Shown: positions 50,401 to 64,000 of the stretch, in pieces
How positions within the stretch are numbered: position 1 is the stretch's first letter
Layout of the letters: every line of letters begins with the position of its first letter
NCBI RefSeq assembly: GCF_036321535.1
Contig: NC_087437.1
Location: forward strand, 17,920,001 to 17,984,000
Source: Camelus dromedarius
Lineage: Eukaryota
Direction: 5' to 3'
DNA length: 64,000 nucleotides
Position numbers and translations under genes: made by a program
The notes under the pieces: generated by a model
The model's database searches: none
What the model saw: only the letters and a program-made list of their open reading frames with translations
Told to the model about the DNA's origin: nothing

Positions 50401-52269
50401 CTATTTTTTAAAGGTCTTCAGGGGTGAGATAGATAGTCTCCAACCGAAAGAAGGTCCCAGGTGATTTATTGTTTAGAAGGGGATATTCTGTTTAAACGTT
50501 TAATGTGCTTCTCTGTAAGCCAAACTTAGAGTTAGAAATCTGAGTCAGCAGTTTGGTGACAAAATTGAGGTGTGCTGTTTGTAGGATACTTTAGATCCCA
50601 TTGGCCAGGAAAATCACAAAATTCTGAATTGAAATATTACTACAGGTGGTTCTAGGCTACACACATGCAAATGTGCAAGCAGGGTGCTTCTTTTTTTTGC
50701 CTGTGTAATTAGACTTTTAATAAAGAACCTGCATTGATCAGCATAGGCTGGGTAACAAACAATCCAGTGACCTAGTATAGTAAAAGTTCATTTCTCATTC
50801 ACATCACGTGGATGCAGATTGGCTGCTCTTCTGGGTAGCTCTCCTTCAAGTAGAAGGAGTAAATCAGGGGTAGTACTTATAAAAAGAGACAAAACTAGAG
50901 CAAAATAACTAGCTGGAAGTACTAAGGACTAACTCCTACTCTGTGATTCATATAAGCAGGTACTTAAAGAATACTGAAATGGTGGAAAGACTCGTAAGGG
51001 ATTTGGGTGTCAAACTTCTCCTATGCTCCCAGGTGCCAGCACTGTGACTGTTTTATTCTACAGGGAAGTTTCAGCATGAATCGAGTTTGCTTTTCCACTT
51101 AATCTTGGGAGGGAGAATCAGAGTCAGTTTTAGAAGAAAGGTTAAAATAAAAGCTAAATGAAAACCATGAAGTTTGACATTAGTATATCTCCACCTTGTT
51201 AAGGAATACTATGCTGTTAATAAAAAAGATGGCAGACCTGTTGGTGGGGATGTACACACAAATTATCTGGAGGGCAATTCAACTATACATATTAAAAATC
51301 CTTATAAATTTACATTTATTTTGATAAAAGAATTCCATCTCCATGAAAGTTTTAAGAAAATAATCTTGACAGTCTATAAAGAGAGATGGACAATGATATT
51401 GAGATGTTTATCAGTGTGATGTTCAAAGTAGTTAAACTTGTCTCTCAGATAATGAACATTAAAACACACTATGAACTGTTTAGTTCTGTATAGATGTGCT
51501 TTCACTGCTATTACTTACTACATTTTCTCCAGTCATGGCCTACATCTGTGTATGATCTTGCTCAGTTCTACCAAGTGACAAGCAAACTCGGCTCAGATGA
51601 CCATGGCTTTGAATCTTGCCTTTGCTCTTCACACTAAATTGTCTGGTGCGTGTTCCTTAACTTCTCAGTTTCTTCACCTGTGAAGTGGGCATGATAATAC
51701 TATCTACCTAATAAGGTTAGGAAGAAGATGAAATGAATTCATCTAATATCAATTACATGGATTAGGGCTTAATATTTAGTTCCTGCTCTCCAAAAGTGTT
51801 AACGATCATCAACAGAGCCCACATGCCTGGCAACATCATTACAAGCATATTTGGACTCTAAATCCCATGTGCCCTCAATTAATACTTAGTCAAATTACCT
51901 GTAAAATCACCAGGAACATGCACACAGATGGACTTGTCACTCTTAACTACTACCCTGAGGATTATTCAGTGCTTAAATTAATGATTTAGAATTGGTGACA
52001 CTTGACAGGAAATCAAAGGTGACCTGTCTCCCCCACCAAAACCCTCTTCATTGTGGAGCTCAACCTTCAGACCAACCTCAGACATTCCCCAGACCCAAGA
52101 GACCAAAGCCTTAGGGTCTACGAAGCACGGACAGCCAAGGGACAACGTGCTCAGCCTGTCCCTTCAAGGCACCTTCTGCTGTGCCAAATTTGGGAGATAA
52201 ACATCAATCCTTTCGAGCAGCCCCAGCCAGAATCCATCCTGCCCAATTAGCCTACGCTGTTCCAATTTT

Positions 52270-52510
52270 TTTTCTAAATTGACTGTCAACAATTAGTTGA
52301 CGTATTAAAATTTAAGGCTTCTCTTGAAGCATCAGAAGAGTTGGCCACATCAGGCACACGTTCCCAAAATGCAGCGATTGCTGGAAGCTGGGTGACAGCT
52401 GCCCCCTTCAGGCAGGGCATGGGATGTCCAGTTGGCCACAGTCCCCAATCCATCCACTTCATTCATCTGTTTTCAACCTGGCCCTGAGGGCCTTTGGTTT
52501 TCTGACCCTG
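52270..52510. mobile_element. hAT-Charlie element (MER102-like)
   Basis: GGCTTCTCTTGAA...CAGCTGCCCCCTT...GGCCACAGTCCCCA...TTTCTGACCCTG. Confidence 0.75.
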
Positions 52511-52530
52511 CCCATTGCTCTCCAGCAAGC

Positions 52531-52592
<62 letters not shown>
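52531..52592. repeat. (TG)n microsatellite
   Basis: About 28-30 nearly perfect units. Confidence 0.97.
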
Positions 52593-52595
<3 letters not shown>

Positions 52596-52899
52596 CGCAT
52601 GCGTGCATGTGAACGCATGCATATACCTGTCCCAGGGGAGGCGTGGGCCGGAGGATATTTGCTGGGAATCTCTTAGGATTCAGGAATGTTTTAAAAGATG
52701 GAGGCGGGCTTTCACAGCACCAATGGAAGTGCGCTTAGGTAAGCAGGACGTTTGGGGCTGCAGGGTTTCTGAACACTGTTTACAGGCTATGCCTGTGTCA
52801 GGCCAGGCCCTAGGCAGCCCCACAGGGCTGGTAAGAAGTTCCAGAATTCCTGTGCTGTCCCCTGTCAGCAAAGTGCTGAGACAACAAACTTAACCTCTC

Positions 52900-53800
52900 T
52901 GTCCAGTGTGAGCCTATCAGCCATGGTTATTAAATCCCACAAAAGGGAGAAGAGGAGGAGTGAATAGGGCTGAAAGAAAAAGCTCTTTCCCCATTTGGAT
53001 AGCTCTGCAGAACAGGAGCTGCTGGAGAAAGGCAGGGAGTGTAATTGCTGGCCTGAAAGAGAAAGAAAAACTATAAAAGGAAAGAAAGAAAGAGGGGGGG
53101 AAATTGATAATGAACAATTTATCCTCAGAGCTAACAGTTAATTAATTCTGAAAATATCTGTCAGGCTAATAGAAGGGGGGGAGGGCTATGCCACATACAC
53201 AATTAATAAAATAATAATAACAAAAAAGGAAAGAAAAAAGATTTTTTAAAGGTGTTACTATCTTCTTACAGGCTGGGCCCTTGGCTTCCCAATGTCATTT
53301 TCAACACAATTTTTTTCCCCTCCGTCTCTTTTCAGAAATTGTTCTCATGAATGATTTATATATGTCTAGTTATCTGGAGTGATTTCTATGGACCCCGGCG
53401 CATTGCTGCATAATTGTTAATTTTAACGCCATAATAGCTTCAGATGGAGGAAGAGATTAGGCATTTATTGCACAATTAAATGAAACATACTTGAGAATCA
53501 CAAAGGGTTCCGTAATTATTTCAGACCATTAATAAAATGGGCATTAAATTATATGGGACACAAAAGGGAAAGGAAATAGATTTTCATTACAGCAATAGAA
53601 GCTGAGAGTAGTAACGGATCCTTGTTGAATTATCTTTCTCTCTCTCTCTCTGAAATTAATTGTTGCCCAGCTTATTTCAAAGCAAAATAAAGGAGGGGAA
53701 AAAAAGTGTTTTAAGAACCTCTGATGAAAGGGCTTTGTTTGATGGGGACAATAGCCAGTGATACACTCCAAAAAACAAGGTAATCTTTGATTCTGGCTCC
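52900..53800. promoter_or_regulatory. Large putative conserved non-coding element
   Basis: ~900 bp repeat-free. Very dense homeodomain cores (TTAATTAA 53138, TAATTA), TGATTTAT 53352, AACAAT and CTGTCA. Confidence 0.55.
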
Positions 53801-56800
53801 TTGCCTTTGGTTCCAAAGACTTTAAAGGCAGTTTTTCAGCAGCATGAGGTTCCCCAGCCCTACCCAGCTCCCCACACATGAACATTCAGGTGGGAATGGG
53901 GAAAGGGGGGAGGTCAAGGAGGGGTGGGTCACTGGCTTCTCTCTCCGACCACTCCTGATGGGAGATGTTGGACCATGGCATGCAGTCCCACACTGTTTGC
54001 CAACATTAAGACCATCTGGCTTGAACTTCTAGAAAGGGAATAAAGAGAGAAGGAAAAGGCACTTCATCCATTGGATATCCATTTGGCATGCCCTGATCTT
54101 CAAACCGACAGTATAAGGTAAGTACCATTCATCATTCCCATTTTACAGAGGAGGAAACCAAGACTTGGAATGATTCAGGAAACGGCCCAAGGCCCCACAT
54201 CCACTAAGTGGAGCAGTCAGGATTTAAAGACAAAGAAAACAGTGTCCCTGCCCTGAAAATACTCCTTTTCTAGTAGGGGACAACAGACAAGCACACAGAA
54301 AACCTGATACTGTGGCATTTACTGCTGGGCATGTGAGCTGCACCCAGACACTAGCACACATCTACTGCTGCAGCTGCAAAAGAAATGCAGTGGGATAAAA
54401 CACTGCCTCTTCTTTCCTTCCCCTTACTGATGTCATCACTTCCCAACAGACTTCAAGCAAACGCTCCCTCCTTTACCTAAATGTGATCTACCTTTGTCCC
54501 TCGGGGGCCCTGTGAGCAGGATCCCAGCCCAATTCTAGGTGGCAATAATAACCAGATGACAGGAGGAGGCCAGGGTCCCTGGAACGGCCAGATCCTCTTG
54601 ACCATTCCTCCAGTCCACATTGGCTGCCTCTGCCCAGGAGTGACCACGTGCAAACCTGTGTAGTCACTGCTTTAAACTACAGGCACATGGGTGAGGCATG
54701 AAGCTAAAAAAAATACCAGCTTAAAAGCTGCCGCAGGACTCAGGAGCCAGGAAGCTCCTGTCTTGGATGTCGGGCTATCGCTTCAGGCTTCAGGGTGTCA
54801 CTCTGCTGTCCAGTCACCTCCATGGCTGGCTCTCCCTGTAATCTGGTGGGGCTTAACCTCAGCATCTAGGACCACAGGTTGAACTTCTCTGTCCTTATTC
54901 TGCTGCCCAGCTTTGCAGCGCCAACCCAGTGTTGCCCACCTACACAAGTAGTTTATTTCTAAAGCTTTAACTGTGACCCCAAACCAGGATCATGTGATAC
55001 TTAGCAAGAGCCCCAGTTGGCAGCATTCAGATCCAAGAGCACCCACGACTGCACCTGCAAAATAGAGAGCCTGGCAGTGGGGCCCGGGCATCAGGAGAAT
55101 ACAGCACCCAGTCCTTTGAGAGAAACTCACTGAGAAGTAGCAAGGAAAGCCCAGAGAGAGAGACCAGGGAGCTTCAGATACCCCTGAAAGCCACCCAGAG
55201 GTCAGCAGCACGCAGAAGGTCAAGTTAGGAAGGACACACACCAAGTTAAAGGACTTAGAGCCACATGAGAATGAGACCCATAGCCCATGGATTTCTCTTA
55301 CAGACAAAATAAGCCACCCGAGGTAATCCTTCACCTGCCAACTCTTCCACAGTTTGTGTATTAACAAGACTTCTACCTTTTCTATTAAGAGAAATAATCT
55401 TCAATCAAGTGGTGAGAAAAGCTGAATTCCAAGAAAGATGAGGAGGTAGTCTGAGAGCACTTCCGGATCCAAATGGATTACACAGTAGAGGCTTAAGAAA
55501 ACAGAGAGGTAAATGCCAAAAAATGTTACTAATTGATCATATTTTATAGAATCATGGAGACCAGGAAAGCTGTCAAGAGATTAAACAGAGACGGATTTAT
55601 ATGGTCTCAATTTTGACTAAAAAGATAGATTATGGAAACTGCAAATGAGTTACTTTGAAATGGTTTCTCCATGGCCTTTCATCCACACATGAAAATTCAA
55701 CAAAGAAGCTAATAAAGTAAGGCATGGTTTAAAAAAAAAATGCAAAAAAAAAAAAAAACCATGGTTTATTAAACGAAAAAGTCTAAGGCTAGAGACTTCC
55801 CTTCTGAGAGCCTGGAAGACTAGAAATTCCAAAATGCCTTCCCATGGTAACATGACTAGATCCTGAGTATGATACTACAAACATATATTTAAATACAACT
55901 GAGCTAAAAATACAGAGAAATTCTCTGTACTGTACCATACTTTGACAAAAAAATAATAATAATAAAGAGAAATTCTTCCAAAAGTCAAAACAAAATAGCA
56001 CAAGGTGAAATTTTTAAAAAATGAAAACAAAAACAAACAAAACCATAAATGCTAACCAAGGGCAAATCTTGTGAAACCCCAAAAGAAAATGCCAATCCAG
56101 AAACCAAAGCCTTGAGCATTAACTACTGTGCAGGGCAACGGAAGAATAAACCTTAGGCTCAAGAAAAATGCGGAAATTTGCCTGAGCTTCTCATGTCAAG
56201 CCAACCTCTTAAAAGAGGGGCACCGTGGATGAAATAAGGGGTAAAATTATCCACCTTTCAGCAAAAGGAGCCTGGAAGAATTCTGTTTACTCGGATGGTT
56301 CTACACAGAAAAGAACACTAGCAGCAAGAATGATAGGAATTATACTAGTCTCTCCAGAAACTTTGCTATCCTGGGCCTCACACTCAGATCTAGAATTCAA
56401 ATGTATGATATTCATAGGTCAGCAATCCACTCAGACTAGAAATTAAAGTAGCTCAAGATTAATAAAACCCTGTGGCGCCTAGTAAAAATAAAAATAAACA
56501 CTCTCTAACCCCTCAGGATTCACAGGTTAAGTCGGATCAAACATGAACTCACAATTCAAAATGCAAAAATTACACAAGTAAATGAGCCACCATGAGGGAG
56601 ATTCAACCAAAATAACGAACCCACAAATTTAGACATCCCTCCCCACAAGTACCTCAGTTACTAAAATTTTGGACACTGCTTATGAAGTATCTCTATATGA
56701 AATGTTTAAAAAAGGAGACAGAAATTTTAAATGGTCAAAAAATTTAAAAAACTATTAAAAGTGATTTACTAGAGGAATCAAAACATAAATTTCAATACAG

Positions 56801-57174
56801 TCAATTTTTGAAATTCACCAGATGAATTAGAAGCAGTTAGACGACACTGAAAAGAAGATGAATAGGAAGATGGATCAATATAAATTACCCAGATTGTAGT
56901 GCAGAGAAACAAAGGAAGCAGAACTTGTGAAAGAGGTTATATCCACGAGAGAGAATGTTCAACCAGAATTCCAGAATGAAAAAACAGACTGGGAAAGAGG
57001 AAAAATCAAATACTGAAATGATGATGATGATGATGTTTAATTTGTGAGGTTAGGAAAAAAAACACAAAATACAGTTAAATATTGAACACTGATAGCATAC
57101 ACATCAGGAAAGGACTGGGTGATCAGAGTTATTGAAAAAACTAAAGAAAGTAAATAATATAAATTGTCAAGGAT

Positions 57175-57674
57175 TGTAAAGAGCCCGAGATTGCACCCTA
57201 TTTCTAAGCTAACAAGTTAGCCTGCCACAGTTTCATGGCTAATAGTAGAAGGCACAGGACTCCTGGGTCAAAAACAAGAGGCGATTTATTACTTGGCAGG
57301 AGCAGTAGCCAGTGTATCAGCATTTTTGTGCCTCTTCTCCAAGCCACAATTCCCACAGCGTGATAGGAGATAGCCAGATGACACCTGAGCATGAAGCAGG
57401 GTGTGTTACAGGAGAGGAACCTTGAGCTTAAAAACCTGAATCTTTGATGATGAATAGTAAGCATTCTTGCTCTTTGCTCTGAAGAGTGGTTCCATCTCTG
57501 TCTTCCAAGGCTGTAAGTAAAATTGCCCTTTGCTCCAGAAGGAGATACTATCTCTCTCTTCTGAAGCTGTTCACCACACAAACATCCTTGAAAAGCTAGT
57601 TTGAAACGAAAGGCACTCAGTACCTCTCTTGAAATATAGGCAGAAACAGAAGACTCAAGCAGAATTGTCTCCCA
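57175..57674 (-). mobile_element. ERVL-type solo LTR (LTR40/MER77-like)
   Basis: AAGCTAACAAGTTAGCCTGCCACAGTTTCATGG...CTCCTGGGTCA...TTTATTACT. Confidence 0.75.
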
Positions 57675-58106
57675 GGAGAAATAAGTCCAGATATGTTAGT
57701 AATCACAATAAATAAATTCATCAGTTAAATACAGAGATTATCACACTAAATAGAAAAAAAACAACCAGTATTATTGACAAGAGAAGAAATGCAATCTATA
57801 TAGCTCTAAAAGGCTGAAAGCAAAAGGATGGTAAAGGGCATTACAAGAAAATTCAAAACAAAAGTTAAACCCAAGTTAGTTACAGTAATATTGAAATAGA
57901 GGTTAACAAAAAAAAATTTACTAGGGCCATGTATCACTACATAATGATGAAAGGTTTGATTTGGGAGCAAGATATAACAATTCTAAGCATACATACACAG
58001 AGTAAAAATAAAAATGTTCAAATTCTTTAAATCAAAAACTGATAGAAGTATAAAAAGAAATTGATAAACACACGATCATAGTAGATTTTTTACACATCTG
58101 TCAACT

Positions 58107-60384
58107 TTTAAAAATTGAATCTATTTGACCTACAACATTATGTTAGTTCATCATGCACAAAATAGTGATTTGATATTTCTATACATTAAAAAATGACCAC
58201 AATAAGTCTAATTACCACCCTTCACCATGCAAAATTATTACAGTGTTATTGACTATATTCTTCATTGTACATTTCATCCTGCTGACATTTATTTTGTAGC
58301 TGAAAATTTGTAACTCTTAATCTCCCTCATCTATTTTATTTACCTCCCAACCCTCTACCTCTAGCAACCACCAGTTTGTTCTCTGTATCTGTGAGTCTGT
58401 TTTTGTTTTGCTATGTTTGATCATTTGTTTTGATTTTTAGATTCCACATATAAGTGAGGTCATATTGTATTGATCATGTTGTATTTGTTTTTCTCTGTCT
58501 GACTTACTTCACTTAGCAAAATACCCTCTAGGTCTATGCATGCTGTCACAAATAGTAAGATTTCATTCTTTTTTATGAATGAGTAGTATCCCATTATGTG
58601 TGTGTGAGGATATATATATATATATCTCCTTTATCCATTCATCTATCAATGAACACTTAGGTTGCCTCCATATCTTTACTATTGTAAATAATGCTGAAAT
58701 AATCATAGGAGTTACATACCTTTCAGAATTAGTGTTTTTGTTTGTTTGTTTATTTTCAAAAAACATCCAGAAATGGAATTGCTAGTAGCTTCATTTTTAA
58801 TTTTTTGAGGAACCTCCACACTGTTTTCAGTAGGGGCTGTACCAGTTTACATTCCCATCAACAGTGCATGAGTGTTCCCCTTTCTCCACATCCTCATGAA
58901 CACTTGTTATTTGTTGTCATTTGATAATAGCCATTCTGACAGGCATGAGGTGGTATCTCATAGTGATTTTGATTTGCATTTTCCTGATGATTAATGATGT
59001 AGATCACCTTTTCATGTGTCTGTTAGCCATATGTGTAACTTCTGTGGGAAAAATGTCTATTCAGGTCCTCTGCCCATTTTTAAAATCAGTTTGTTTTTTA
59101 AATTTTTGAGTTGTATGAGTTCTCTGTATGTTTTGGATATTAAACCTTATCAGATATATCATTTGAAAATATCTTGTCCCATTCATAGATGGCCTTTACA
59201 TTTGCTAATAGTTTCTTTTGCTGTGCAAAAGCTTCTTAGTTTGATATAGTCTCAGTTTGTTTATTTTGCTTGAGGAGACAGATTCCAAAAATACTGCTAA
59301 GACAGAAGATGTCAAAGAGTATACTGCCTTTGTTTTCTTCTAAGAATTTTATGGTTTCAGGTTTTACACTTAAGTACACTTGATACACTTTGAGTTTATT
59401 TTTGTATATGGTGTGAAAAAGTAGTCCAGTTTGATTCTTTTACATGTGGCTGTCCAGCTTTCCCAACACCATTTATTAAGTCTCTCCTTTCCCCATTGTA
59501 TGTTTTTGCTTCCTTTGTAGTAGATTAATCGACCATATAAGCATCGGTTTATCTTTGAGTTCTCTATTCTGTTCATTGATCTATGCATCTGTTTGTGTAC
59601 ATAACCATACTGTTTTGATTACTATAGCTTTGTAATATAGTCTGAACCAGGAAATGGAATACCTCCATCTTTGTTCTTCTTTCTCAAGATTGTTTTCACT
59701 ATTTTGGGATCTTTTGTGTTTCCATACAAATTTCAGAATTACTTGTTCTAGTTCTGTGAAAAATGCCATTGGTATTTTGACAGAGATTACATTGAATCTA
59801 TAGATTGTCTTTGGGAATATGGTCATTTTAACAATATTTATTCTTCCAATCCATAAGCATGGTATATTTTTCCATTTGTTTGTGTCATCTTCAGTTTCTT
59901 TAAGCAATGTCTTACAGTTTTCTGAATACAGGTCTTTTAGCTCCTTGAACAGATTTATTCCTAGGTATTTTTTTGATGTAACTATAAATAAGATTGTTTT
60001 CTTAATTTCTCTTTCTCATAGTTTGTTGTTAGTGTATAGAAAAGCAACAGATTTCTGTGCATTAATTTTGTATCCTGAAACTTTACTGAATTCATTTATT
60101 AGTTCTAGTGCTTTCTGGTCATGTCTTTAGGACTTTCTACATATAGCATTATGTCACCTGAAAACAGTAACAGTTTTACTTTTTTCTTCTTCCTTTCCAA
60201 TTTGGATTCCTTTTTTTGTTTGTTTACTTGACTGCTGTGTCTGGGACTTCCAGTACTATATTGAGTAAAAGTGGTGAGAGTGGACATCCTTGTCTTGTTC
60301 CTGATCTTAGAGGAAATGCTTTCAGCTTTTCACCATTGAGTATGATGTTATCTGTGGGCTTATCGTATATGGACTTTATAATGG
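58107..60384 (-). mobile_element. 5'-truncated L1 (ORF2 RT/C-terminal + 3'UTR), frameshifted
   Basis: Translations [26 protein letters not shown] and KIWRQPKC match L1 ORF2p. Degenerate TSD CATCTGTCAACT / CATCTATCAATT. Confidence 0.92.
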
Positions 60385-62479
60385 CATCTATCAATTAAAG
60401 ACAGGTCAAGCAGATTAAAACACCTGTAAATATATAAAAGATACAAACTATACAATTAATAAAATTAACATTTGACATATATAGAACCCTGCACCCAACA
60501 ATTAGAATACCCATTCTTTTTAGTAATATATGGAATATTTACATAGTGACCATATTCTAAGCAATAAAGTGTCTTAACAAATTTCAAAACAATCAGTATC
60601 TTTTAATCACATTGTTAGCCACAATGCACTTAAGTTAGAAATCAATAACATAAGAGAATTTACATAAATATATATATATATACACACCTAAAAAATACAA
60701 AGATTCTTACAAATAGCTCTTGGTGAAAAAATATATATCACAATGGAAATGTAAAAACATTTATAATTGAATAATAATGTTAAAACTGCAGATCAAACTT
60801 ATGGGATGGGGCTAAAGCAGTACTAAGTGAAAATTTTGTAACCTTAAATGCTTTTATTAGAAAAGAAGAAAGATAAGTATACCACTTAAAAGTTTAGAAT
60901 TTAAGAAGTTTGGAAAAGAACATCCAGATAAATCCAAAGAGGAATGATAGAATAAAAATAAGAGCAGAAATAATAAAATAGAAAATAAAGTAAAATATAG
61001 AAGATGAACAAAGCCAAAAACATGTCCTTTGAATATACTAATCCAAAACAACTTTATGGTAAGATTAATCTGGGGGTGGGGAAGAGAAGGAAAGCACAAA
61101 GATTCAATATTTGGAATAAGAAAAAGAGACAATAGAATCAGCAGATACTTAAAATAATGAGAATATATTACACTGATGTCTTTATGCCAATAAATTTGTA
61201 AGCTTAGTTAAAATTTATGTAACTTTTAAAAGGAGTTTCCAGAAGAACCGAAAAACCTGACTAGACTTTATAATTATCTATTAAAGAAATTAAATCAATA
61301 GTTTAAAATCTTCCCACAAATAAAATACCAGACCTGATGATTTTATAGTTCATTCCTTCCAACCTCTGAAGGAACAGATCAATTATACAAATTCTTCCAG
61401 AGAGTAGAAAAAGAAGAAATACCTCCTCTTCATTCTGAGAGATTATTATGTGATATTAAAACCAAGCAAAGAAAATATAAGAAAGGAAAATGAGAGAGGA
61501 CATGAGAGTAAGGCTGGGAATAAATCCAATAAAAATGTGGAAAATTTGTCTATAGATAGCTGTAAAATGATACTGAAAGGCATTAAAGGAGAATAAAATA
61601 ATAAAAACTATATTCATGGATAGGAAGATTAAATGTTATAAAGATGCTAGGTCTCCCAAAATTAATCTATGGATTCAATTAAATTTCAGACCAAATTCCA
61701 AGAGAGTTCTTTCTGAAACTTGACAGTTTCATTTAAAATTAATGGAAAAGCAAATGATCACGACAAATGGCCAAGACATTTCTAAGAAACAACAAGGTAG
61801 AATGACTTGCTTTATCGAATTTCAAGATTCTAAAATAAGAATTGTCGAATGACTATGGTAGTGGTGCAAATACAGCCAAATATGCAAGTAGAACAAAAGA
61901 GAATGCTCAAAAACAGACCAACACATACACGGAAACTTGGTATATGATTAAGATGGCCATGATAATCAGTAAGGAAAGGAAGTACTATTTAGTACATTCA
62001 AAACCCTATCTCCACACACACAAAACTCAAAGTGAATTAAAGAGTAAAAATCAAAACTTTAAAACTTTTAGAAGAAGTATAGGGAAAAGGTTTGACTTTA
62101 ATAGTCAACCATTATTTGGTAATGGTCATCCAAAGCCATGATTTGCCACTAGTCATTTGCCTGCCCATCTGTTTACTTAATCTATATTATTATATGTCTA
62201 CAAAAAGTCCAGAGAGTAGAAGATGGATATAGGTTTCATAATTCTGTCGTCCAGTCTGGCCCTGAAAAGCACTGAGTAAAATGTCTTGACAGACTGGAAT
62301 TCTTCTTAACGCAAAATTTGCCTTAGGTCACTCAAAACCTATTAAGAACATTTCTCAGTCTGGTCTGTATATGAGCATATGGCTTTGGGAGAGCTCTTCT
62401 CTCCATACACTCTGACCTGAAAAGGGCTGATGCTTTCTTGATTCAGAAGTTAGGATGAGCTTGACCTTGGGTCAAACCA

Positions 62480-63050
62480 ACGGTCAGCCATGCCTGTTAG
62501 TAAATTGTGCTACCTCTGGAAGAACTTTGCCTTATGCAATCTCATTCTTACATTTATCTTTCTAAATGTTATAAGCTCACCAAGGACAACTTATAATTGC
62601 AGTGGCAACCAAAACTATTCACTGGAGAGGTTCTGCTGCAGACATGGGAGTGAGCTGCTCAGACCTTTCTTTAAGGGAAAACCTCTGAAAGGAATGCAAT
62701 CTACTGACCTGCCCTACTTTCAAGATCCACCACATCCTCTGGGTAGCTTCCAGCCCGTAACTCAGCACTGTGGAGGCACAATATCTGGGAAATTCCTGCC
62801 CAACATAGGACTCCTCTAACAGGCAGTCTTGGCTCTGGGACAGCCCATGCCTGGCTGACACTTTCATAGAGTTGTACTGTGGGGTGAAGCTCTTTGTACC
62901 CAGTTTTCTCAGTTTTCATCCCTTCCTTTACCTATGTCAACTTACACTGAAGTCTTAAGTCTCACCCTTTAAGGGCTTTTCTCCCAATAGATATTTTCAC
63001 ATCTAAGTCAGTTTTGCTGCCTGCTTCTTAGAAGACCCAAAATGAAATAG
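62480..63050 (+). mobile_element. ERVL-type LTR (old)
   Basis: 3' terminus CTCCCAATAGA...TGCCTGCTTCTTAGAAGACCCAAAA. The 5' boundary is uncertain. Confidence 0.5.
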
Positions 63051-63272
63051 TTGCCTTAGAACAAAAGGGAAGAAACCCTTTTGGGGAAATTCCCTGCTTT
63101 GTCTGACTAAAGGACATATTACTTCAATATGAAAGATCACACTCCTTTGGGAAATAGTATCAGCTTTTATTCATACAGTCCTCATGGAATTATCAAGGCT
63201 GAGTTGTTTAAACCAGCTGTAGCTTCAATATCTCTTCCTCCACCCCTCTCTTTCTCTCTCCATCCCACTCCC

Positions 63273-63300
<28 letters not shown>
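63273..63300. repeat. (TG)14 microsatellite
   Basis: Directly visible. Confidence 0.95.
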
Positions 63301-63303
<3 letters not shown>

Positions 63304-64000
63304 ATATATTTTCTTGCATCCAAGTCTCCTTTGATGATCTGTAGCGCCTTCCATATCTGTTTATAGACAGCTCCCTCTCACTTTCTTTTTTTTTTTTTTT
63401 TATCCCTTTTCCTCTCTTTCTCATGCTCAAGAAACTTTGGAGATCAAATAGTCTTTAAAAAATTGTTCTGTTATGTTCAACTCTAAGAACATCTAATCCA
63501 GATAAACACATCTAATTTAAAATAGGAATAAATCCGATTACAAGGTCTCTTAAAACCTAATGGGGCAACTTCTGTTCCTATTGACTATCAGGGTGAAAAT
63601 GATATATTAAAAACTCATACAAATTAAAAAAAAAAAAAAAGTAAGGGTTTCCCAAAGGGAAAAATTTAACTCCTAGTATTTTGTTTATTTTGGCTATTCT
63701 AAGAGAAAAAAAAAATCTGTTTTTACTGCAGCTCTGAAAAATAATTTTAAAAAGTTTACCTGTGAATTAAGTTAATGGCCTTGGTTACTAGGTTATAAGA
63801 TAAGAAAGAGAGCTATCCAGAGCTTTTAAGTATGATTTAAAGAATCTTTAAAATTTGGTTTATAAATTCAAACATATTTTAATTGTATTAGAAAAAGTAA
63901 CAGTCTTATCAAGATGCTTTGGATAAATTAGACTGATTTAATTTTAGTTTAAAACTAACTCTATGTCTTCTCCCTGTTTTTACCGCCTTATAAAAATAAA

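Larger units (their letters stand above)
55790..62100 (+). mobile_element. Old long L1 (5' region, ORF1, ORF2 relics), split by an LTR and a younger L1
   Basis: Continuous A-rich L1 motifs on either side of the insertions, e.g. AGAACCCTGCACCCAACAA, AAGTTAGAAATCAATAAC, TTCATGGATAGGAAGA. Confidence 0.75.

Noticed and set aside
59370..59907. Functional reverse transcriptase gene
   Set aside because: Fragmented, 5'-truncated L1 ORF2 with frameshifts and stops.

Overview
This is mammalian genomic DNA, most likely camelid (camel/alpaca lineage). The assignment is inferred from four tRNA-Ala-derived Vic-1-type SINEs and artiodactyl-type L1 3' ends. I can support no protein-coding gene, RNA gene or CRISPR array. 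The only ORF-track entries with recognisable protein motifs are decayed LINE-1 ORF1/ORF2 fragments. Much of the window is interspersed repeat: nested L1s of several ages, L2, MIR, MaLR/ERVL/ERV1 solo LTRs and hAT MITEs. Between the repeats lie an orphan CpG island (~21.6-22.4 kb) and several repeat-free blocks rich in TAAT/PBX-HOX/SOX/FOX motifs (~21.3, 26.4, 29.3, 36.2, 46.2, 49.6 and 52.9 kb). These look like conserved developmental enhancers in a gene desert or large intron. There is also a 19-copy 15-bp minisatellite with higher-order structure at 30.2-30.5 kb. Repeat family names come from recalled consensus motifs, not from a database search, and their boundaries are approximate. I found no convincing novel system. 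The best lead is the putative cis-regulatory array.
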